From Octopus vulgaris (taxonomy: Eukaryota), in NCBI GenBank assembly GCA_951406725.2, contig OX597818.1, forward strand, positions 113,770,001 through 113,834,000: DNA of 64,000 bases. Reading direction: 5' to 3'. Shown in pieces: positions 55,411-64,000 of this stretch. A program made the translations under genes and the position numbers. Each line of letters opens with the position of its first letter. Position 1 is the stretch's first letter. The notes under the pieces are model-generated. The model did not search any database, was not told where the DNA came from, and saw only the letters and a list, made by a program, of their open reading frames with translations.

Positions 55411-55638
55411 ACTGCGCCAGGAGCGGGCTTCGATTCTGCAAGAACAGCTGCGTGCCGTGTGTAAAGCATTCACACCTAGACGTAAGGCTGTGATTCGAAA
55501 CAGAGGTGGCCATATCGAATAAATGTGGTAATATAATAATTGTATTTCCTTTACCATTGCATTGCAATGCTCGTAGCTGAAATATTTTGCTTTGGCAAAA
55601 TTGAAAAAAGTTGGTTGCCTTAATTTTGGGACACCATA
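55411..55638 (+). mobile_element. 3' end of a Tc1/mariner-family (maT-like) transposon
   Basis: ASILQEQLRAVCKAFTPRRKAVIRNRGGHIE* followed by terminus ccttaattttgggacacc-ata. Confidence 0.75.
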
Positions 55639-55695
55639 TATAAATATACATATACTTACATACATACATACATATGTGTGTGTATGTGTGTGCGT

Positions 55696-55742
<47 letters not shown>

Positions 55743-56914
55743 CATGTATTCATACATATATAAATTTATACATGCATACATAAATACATGTATACATGGA
55801 GACATACATACATACATAAATTTATACATGCATACATAAGTACATATATACATGCTTGTATACATGCACACATGCATTTATGCAAACATACATATATACA
55901 TATATAAATTTACACATACATAATGCATGTATTTACATATATACATACATACATACATACATACATGCATACATACATACATATGGGTGCAAGAAATTCA
56001 CCTTCGGACCTTGTAGCTTCAGGTTCAATCCTACTGTGATGTGCTACACTTTGGGTATCTTTTTATTTTTTTCCAGTTTCAATTTGATCAAAGTTTTGTA
56101 AGGAAAATTTAATAGAAAGAAACCGTATCAAAGATAATCATTAGTTGTGTTTATTGTGTATGTATTAATGGAAGCTACCCACGAATTTGCCTGCACAGCC
56201 ATCACAAACGCTGTACAAGTATAATGAGGATGGAATGAAGAGGAAAGATTAACCGCTTCTAAATAGCCTCTTTTCCTTTCTTTCAGACATGACTAACCTC
56301 TTCTAAATAGACATGAGATTGAATTATTCAATATGTTTTAAAATATAGTGTGCGATTTCACTACTATTTCTTGCAAGTCGATCAAACATACAAAGGTTAG
56401 CCTCGTTCGTTAGCATGTCTTCATGCTTCTTGCTGTTCAATCCCTGATTAACCAGATTTATGATAAAATGCATTTTTTTACGATCATCATGTGTTTATTT
56501 AATCAGTATGCGTTCAAGATTACGTTATTTAATGTGCTCGTCCCCATTTTATGACTACATGGTGTGAGTGAAGGGAAATTTGGTTGATATTTCTAGGAAG
56601 TCTTGCAACCGCTTAATGTCTCTGTCGTTGTATCAGGTTTCTTTTCTCTCAGTGAACTTAATTTGTGCGTTGTGCGATAATGTTAATTGAACTACTTAGT
56701 ATTCTTTGTAGTTTGCAGTGATCTTATTGAAGAGAAACTGGGGTTAGATAACACTGGTTTTATCATGGACACATTATCTAATATATTTTCACACAAGTGC
56801 TGTGCTTTCTTCATATTAATCAAATGCGGTGTCATTAAGTACTCCTAGAGTGTTTGTTCGTATATTTTTCTTTGTATGTGGTACGTTTATTTTATTGAAA
56901 GTTATGAATAGTTA

Positions 56915-57646
56915 TCTTTTATCATTTACTTGATTCAGTCATTAGACTGCAGCCAGGCTGGAGCACCGCCTTGAAAAATTTTAGTTGAACGAATCGACCC
57001 CAGTGCTTCTTTTGTAAGCCTGATACTTAGTGTATTGGTCTCTTTGCCGAACCGTTAAATTACGGGGACGTAAACACACCAACACCTGTTGTCAAGCAGG
57101 GGGATGGGACAAGCACAAAGAATCACACATATAGACACACACACATGCACAGTCTCACACACACACATATACATACATACATATCTTTTACTGTTATATA
57201 TTTTTTTACTGTTTATATTTTTTTACTGTTTATTTTCTTACTGTTTATATTTTTGTACTGTCGTTACTGTCCTGTTTTTTTTACCATTTCTTTACCATTT
57301 TTTACCCCTCTGCGAAAAGATCTCAGAATTTTAATTGATTTGCTTTTCGCAGGAAGGAAAGTTTCTTGTCGAAGATACGTCTCGCTTTTATCCTTCGAAA
57401 CGTAGAGTAGATGAAACCTTAGCGACTGAAGAAGGGGTTTTTTCGTTGTGTTAATTGTCCTGTACTCCATTTTTTGTTGTTTTTAAAAAAATGTCCAGTT
57501 CCTTTGGTTTGTGTCTATGTTTTCGTTTCTCTTTGTGTTCGACGTCCCTTTGGTGTCCTGTACTCATATATGCGTGTATATGTACATGTAGAGGTAGGTA
57601 CGTACATATATGTTTATATATATATGCATATGTTTTATTTCATTTA

Positions 57647-57683
<37 letters not shown>

Positions 57684-57850
57684 GACAGTACGATGGGCTT
57701 CTTTCAATTTCCGTCTACAAATCTACTCACAAGGCTTTGGTAGGCCTGAGGTAAGAGAAGACAATTGCCCAAGGTGCCACGCAGTAGGACTGAACCAGAA
57801 CCATGTGGTTGGGAAGCAAGCTTCTTACCACACAGCCAGGCCTGCGCCTA
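56915..57850 (-). mobile_element. CORE-like SINE interrupted by a nested repeat (57180-57650)
   Basis: Head at 57690-57850 and tail at 56915-57140 match 60551-60953 in reverse. Confidence 0.8.
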
Positions 57851-58536
57851 GTTAAATTCTTCTTGTAGGAAGAGATATGTCGGATCTGGCAGATGCTGTT
57901 TCAGTCTGTTTGTTTCAACATAAGTTTCTAGGTGATTCATGTTGTATAGGAAAATTTGCGCAGGAACTGTCTGAGGATATGTATATCACTAAAGCCTGCA
58001 TGTCTCTGCGTCATTCTAAGATTTCGTTAGAATGTTTAAGACTACTGGTTGCCGAGGAGTTCTAATAAAACCGAAACGTGTCTAGAAATGAAGCTATAGA
58101 TCGAAATTAAATGCAAAGATGCTAGATACTGCCTCATTGTGTCTCTATATATATAGATGTATATCAACATATACCTTGTTATATACACACACACACATAA
58201 ACACACATACTTATACATAAACATATGTACATATATACTTACCTACAAATATACAAATATATATATACATACGCATGTACATATGTATATATGTATATAT
58301 ATGTTATTGTTGGTAGTGTCACACTGTTGCGAAAAGCAAATAGGCGAAATAAAGTTCTGAAAATAGTTAGAGTGAAATCATCATATTCAGACCTAGTGTG
58401 AGTTTTGGTCGAAATTGTGAGCGGGCTAAAATTTAGGAAACTGCGATAGCTGGTCACTCAAACACGTATTTGAACATGTAGACAAAAAGAAAGAAAAAAA
58501 GAAAGAAAGGAAGGAAGAAAATAGATAGATAGATAA

Positions 58537-58687
<151 letters not shown>

Positions 58688-59041
58688 TGTAGATAGATAT
58701 GTGGATAGATATGCGCATGCATACATATCACATATCCTCATTATGCCCTAATGTCAATATTAATGTACATTATCATTGGCCTAAGAGACGTTATGGAAAG
58801 AATAATTTATAAGTAATCACCCAAAACGATATGGAGATGTGCCTAAAAGCTTCTTCTGCGCCAGTCCATGAGATAAAGTGTTACATAACATTGTATGTTA
58901 AGTACCATAAATCACGGAGTCGAACAAGCTTCACAAAATCTAATGTATACATCTGGTGTGTCATATACCTACTTACCATACATACACACATACATACATA
59001 TTAACATACATACATACTCAGACAAACAGACACACACACAG

Positions 59042-59072
<31 letters not shown>

Positions 59073-59074
59073 TA

Positions 59075-59847
59075 TTATTATTCAGTTTTATTCTAAAATT
59101 TTTGCCAGTAAATAGTCGGTTTCTAACCTAGATCCGTGGCTCCTTCATTGCAATTTCAACAACATTTCTGTACATGTTTGTGTGTGTGTGCGTACACCAT
59201 TTGGAATCAGTGCACATACAGATGTGTATGCTTTGTTTTATGGATGTATTCTCAAGCATATAGTTGTATGCTAGACATGCGCATATATACTTAAATACTA
59301 AACTTCTGGAAAGTTTTACAAACTTTTGCAGTTCCATTGGTGTCTTGAATTTGCAATCTTCTAATTAGCTTTCTTCTTTCTGATTTTCAGAAGCCTAATT
59401 TCTCAAGACTTGTGCTTGGGCTGTTTGTTAGATATACCATAGCCTCAATAATTACAAATATAAAATTGATTTTGTAATACCGGTAGAATAATGTATGTAT
59501 GTCATTATTCAGTTTATTTCAAGATTTCTTGCCAATAGAGAAAGAACCGATTTCCATCCTAGTTCCAAGGCTTCTTCATTGGAATTTCAACATCAACAAC
59601 AGGGTATGTATGTATGTATGTATGTATGTATGTATGTATGTATGTATGTATGTACGTATGTATGTACGTATGTATGTATATGTGCAGATTTGTATGTTTT
59701 GTTTTATGTATGTATTTTCATGCATATAGTTGCATATCTACACATGCTCATATATATGTAAATGATAAACCTCTGGAAAGTTTAACAGATTTTTACGTTC
59801 CAGTGATGGCTTGGTTATGCAGTCTTCGAATTAGCTTTCTTCTTTCT
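59075..59847 (-). mobile_element. Two tandem 5'-truncated 3' ends of the R4-clade LINE (about 59075-59491 and 59502-59847)
   Basis: Both align to 51041-51450 and are separated and flanked by TATG repeats. Confidence 0.85.
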
Positions 59848-60104
59848 GTATATGTATGTGCGCACGCGCTTGTGTGCGTTTGTGTGTATGTATATTTTCA
59901 TATATTCTTTTATTCTTTCATTTCTTTCGGTCATTTGACTGCAGCCATGCCGGTGTACCACCTTGAAGAGTTTTAGTCAAACAAATCAACCCCAGTACTT
60001 ACTTTTTTAAAGCCTAGTACTTATTATATCGCCACTTTTGTCGAACCACTAAGTTACGGGGCCAATCTTGGGCACAAAGACACAAACACACATACACACA
60101 CACG

Positions 60105-60145
<41 letters not shown>

Positions 60146-60294
60146 TAATAAAAGAAAAAGAAATAAAACATATGCATATATATAAACATATATGTACGTA
60201 CCTACCTCTACATGTACATATACACGCATATATGAGTACAGGACACCAAAGGGACGTCGAACACATAGAGAAACGAAAACATAGACACAAACCA

Positions 60295-60334
<40 letters not shown>

Positions 60335-60550
60335 TGTGTCATGATTCTAATAATGTGTACTACACGAAACTTTTCGCTAGATACAGAAAAAAATCCGATT
60401 TACCGAGAGTTTGAAATGCATGTATATATGATGGACTCGCCATCAAATCGACATTGTTTGAACAGGTACACAATGTACCACGAGTCAGGTGTCAAAGCGA
60501 TCGTAGAGCAACATAGGATGAAGTCCTTTGTATATATGTATATATATATA

Positions 60551-60953
60551 GGCACAGGCATGGCTGTGTGGTAAAAAGCTTGCTTCCCAACCACATGGTT
60601 CTGGGTTCAGTCCCAATGTGTGGGACCTTGGGCAAATCTCTTCTGCTATAGCCTCGAGCCGACCAAAGCCTTGTGAGTGGATTTGGTTGACGGAAACCAA
60701 ATATATATATATATATATATGAAAATGTTTATGTGCGTCTTTGTGTCTGTGTTTGTCCTTCCACCATCGCTTGCCAACCAAAATCTGTGTGTTTACGTCC
60801 TCGTAACTTAATGGCTTGACAAAAGAAACCGATAGAATAAGTACTAGGCTAACAAAGAATAAGTCCTGGGATCGATTTCTCTTTGACTAAATACCCCTTT
60901 AAGGCAGTGCTTCAACATGGTTGCAGTCAATTGACTGAAACAAATAAAAGAAC
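60551..60953 (+). mobile_element. Full-length tRNA-derived SINE (CORE-like; resembles octopus OR/OK-type SINEs)
   Basis: A-box-like tggctgtgtggtaa, B-box-like ggttcagtcc, CORE-like accttgggcaa, internal (TA)n, tail tgactgaaacaaataaaagaa. Confidence 0.85.
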
Positions 60954-61931
60954 ATATATGTATATATATCAATATATGTATATGTATATGAATTGATAAA
61001 GTGATAAAAAAAATTGATATGTTGATAAAAAACAGTATTGATAAAAAATTAATGACATCACTTCTATGATGAACATTTTCATCGAATAGCATATATGTCC
61101 TAATTTAGATTTAAACCAGTACAGATAAACATTTGTTTCTCAGTAATATCACATTATCATCAGAGTTCACAAGTTTCTGAACTTAAATACCGAAGTCATG
61201 CTTTGTTTCATATATTAATTGGTTCAAAGTAATTCTTGAAAGGACATATTGCCTGAGATGTCAAATAATATTATCGAATATAAAGATGTGAAATTACGTT
61301 AAAGCTATACTTCAATTGAATGGCGACAAAATAGGGCAAATGGAAGACAATATACGTGTGAACATTTTGATTTTTAAGACAATTTTTCAAACTATATCAT
61401 CTAAAACTTTCTTTCACTTATCATGTACCAAACATTGTCTGGATCATACAACTCTAAGAGACATCTGTCAATTCAATCTAAAATAGTAATGGAATTTTCA
61501 ATTGTTGTTCTTGTTTAGTCCTGGTAAATTGTGATCAATAATTTTTTGATTAAAAGCTATCTAGCTTCAACTATATCGTCTTCATTATCCAAAATATCTC
61601 TCACACCCTCTAGAAAGTGGAAATATAATTTCGGCATAATCGCCAGTGTCCGACAAAATCCCTACATCATTTAGTTAAAGCTGGGGCCGTCTATGTTCTG
61701 AGTTCAAATTCCACCGAGGTCAACTTTTCTCGCTATGAATGATAAAATAAGGTATCAGATAAATACTTAGGTTGATTTAAACAACCCCAATCAAATACTG
61801 GGGTTGATCTAATCGACTAAATCCCCTTCTTAAACTTTTATTTAGGTGGTATTAAGTTAATATAGCTTACTCTATGTACATGTGTGTGTGCGTGTACGTA
61901 TACACAACGCATATGTGTGCGTTGTGCATGT

Positions 61932-61963
<32 letters not shown>

Positions 61964-62099
61964 GTACATATATGTGTATATGTGAGTGTTAATATTTGTT
62001 TTATATTTAGTTATGATAAAAACAATTATACGTTAACTTGAGGGATTACTCTGTACTTTTGCAGAGTACAAATGTATTATTCTTTCTTTTTTAAGAGTT

Positions 62100-62133
<34 letters not shown>

Positions 62134-62243
62134 TGTATGTATGTATGTATGTATGCATATGTATATGTATGTATATATATATAATATATATATACACACA
62201 CACACACACTCATATATAATAGCAATTAATCAGCTGCAGAGAA

Positions 62244-62322
<79 letters not shown>

Positions 62323-63328
62323 CATACATACACACATACATATATATATATCATTGTAATGAGATCGATTTAATATCCCGATAATGTATCATAGATGTGA
62401 AGGGAACAATAACATAGTTTCATAATTTGGCGGAAGGCAAGTGAATGAGATCATAATAGACGACAAAAAGATTGGGTATCGACAAATAATATAGTTTATT
62501 TTTCCACCGCATATTTTAGCCTACTGCTTCTTGAGTTAAATATATTGATATACACATTTTAAGTGAGAGAACTGAAATCTTATTTTCTCTTTATATGCCT
62601 GATGGAAGAAATTCAGTATATGTAGGCTTTCTGTGACTATATATTCACTTGCTTCTTTACACCATGATATCGACAAACGGTCCCTAGTGGCTTCCTCGAC
62701 AAATATTAAGCGCTTGTCGTAGAATTTTCGCGAAAGAATGGTAAGGTGGTTTCCCGTTACCCTTTTAGCAGTTTTTTACAAGAAATTTAACAAGAACACC
62801 ATCATGTTGGCTGCAACCAATTCTGAAAGTGAGAATGAAATAGAAGCGACCAAAACTTGACTGTTGTTTTATTTATCAAACTAGAAGGGATGAAAGTTAG
62901 AATTGGCTAAGGCCAATTTGAACATTGAACGCAGAGATCCGCTTAGATGCTGTAACGAATCTAGCGATTTACCGCCCTCTGTAGTTATATGCCCTAAAGT
63001 CAAAATAAACTGCTGGGTGTATACCGTATAAATACCATAGAGAATTATATTCAACAACGTCTTTAAGTGTTAATTAAAGCCATTTTATTGCTATTGTTAT
63101 TAAAAAGCTTGTATATTAATCCACTTTATTCGGTGGATTGCCTGTGACGGAGAGTGAGTGAAGCAAAGATTCAGACGGAAGGTAAGAGGAGAATGACATA
63201 GGAAGTGTGTGTGTATGTGTGTGTATGTGTGTGTGTGTGTGTGCGCGCGCGCGTGTGTATGTGTATGTGTGTGTGTGTGCGCGTGTGTGTGCGCGCGTGT
63301 GTGTGTGTGTGAGTGTGTAGTGTGTGTA

Positions 63329-63394
<66 letters not shown>

Positions 63395-64000
63395 AAGAGA
63401 TTGTGTATATATCATATATATATATTTGCACATTTGTGTAATAGTGTGAGTGCGATGAGAAAAGGGCTCTAAAAGAGAGGGATACAAAAGGTGAAACAAA
63501 AGTTGAAGCAAGCATATTTATATATATATATATACTCATACACACATGCACACAAAGCCACACGTATACACACACAATTATATATATATATATGGTTCAT
63601 ACAGAGGAGAAAAGCAACACCCATGACATATTTTGCAGACCCCTGAAACAGGTGGGAGAACAAAAGGAGAAACTATGACTTGTGTTGTTCTCAAACCGCA
63701 AATATGCTCCGAATGTTTGCGGCAGAATATATTCTGTTAATGGCACATGAAGCCAGGTTGTGAAGCTAAAGCAGAGCAATGAATTAAATTTATAAATACA
63801 GTAAGAGAAACAGTGTCAATGTTAAGCTTCAGTTACCATCAAACAAAATTTCACAGAAAAGGCTTAAAATATAACAATATGTAAGGGGAATTGAACCGCA
63901 AGCCGTGTGATTACAAGATGAACATTACGATGCGGTTTTTACTCACGTTTTGTGTGTATGTTTTGTGTGTAGGGAGGTGCACGTGCACATATATATATAT

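Noticed and set aside
60551-60625. tRNA gene
   Set aside because: tRNA-like SINE head continuing into SINE body and tail; many decayed copies occur in the window.

Overview
AT-rich eukaryotic intergenic or intronic DNA. It is most likely from an octopus (an inference from the tRNA-derived SINE families and extreme microsatellite density). I found no supportable intact host gene, rRNA, tRNA or CRISPR array, and nearly all ORFs in the track are translations of microsatellites. The window is a mosaic of SINEs, decayed LINEs (R4/Dong, RTE, CR1/L2-like, Tx1-like), Penelope-like remnants, Tc1/mariner elements, Helitrons and piggyBac-like pieces. Three observations stand out. (1) A 352-bp highly structured unit at 21728-22313 carries an intact minimal type I hammerhead ribozyme (minus strand, 21938-21982), an exact 80-bp terminal redundancy and an inverted copy, which is the architecture of a retrozyme or circular-RNA-derived insertion; several decayed hammerhead-like motifs occur elsewhere. 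(2) About ten local fold-back (inverted) duplications occur, mostly at (TA)n arrays, including a clean double snap-back at 254-1014. (3) An R4-clade LINE has copies that begin and end in (CATA)n arrays. All family assignments were made by eye from motifs, not database searches, and the boundaries of decayed elements are approximate.
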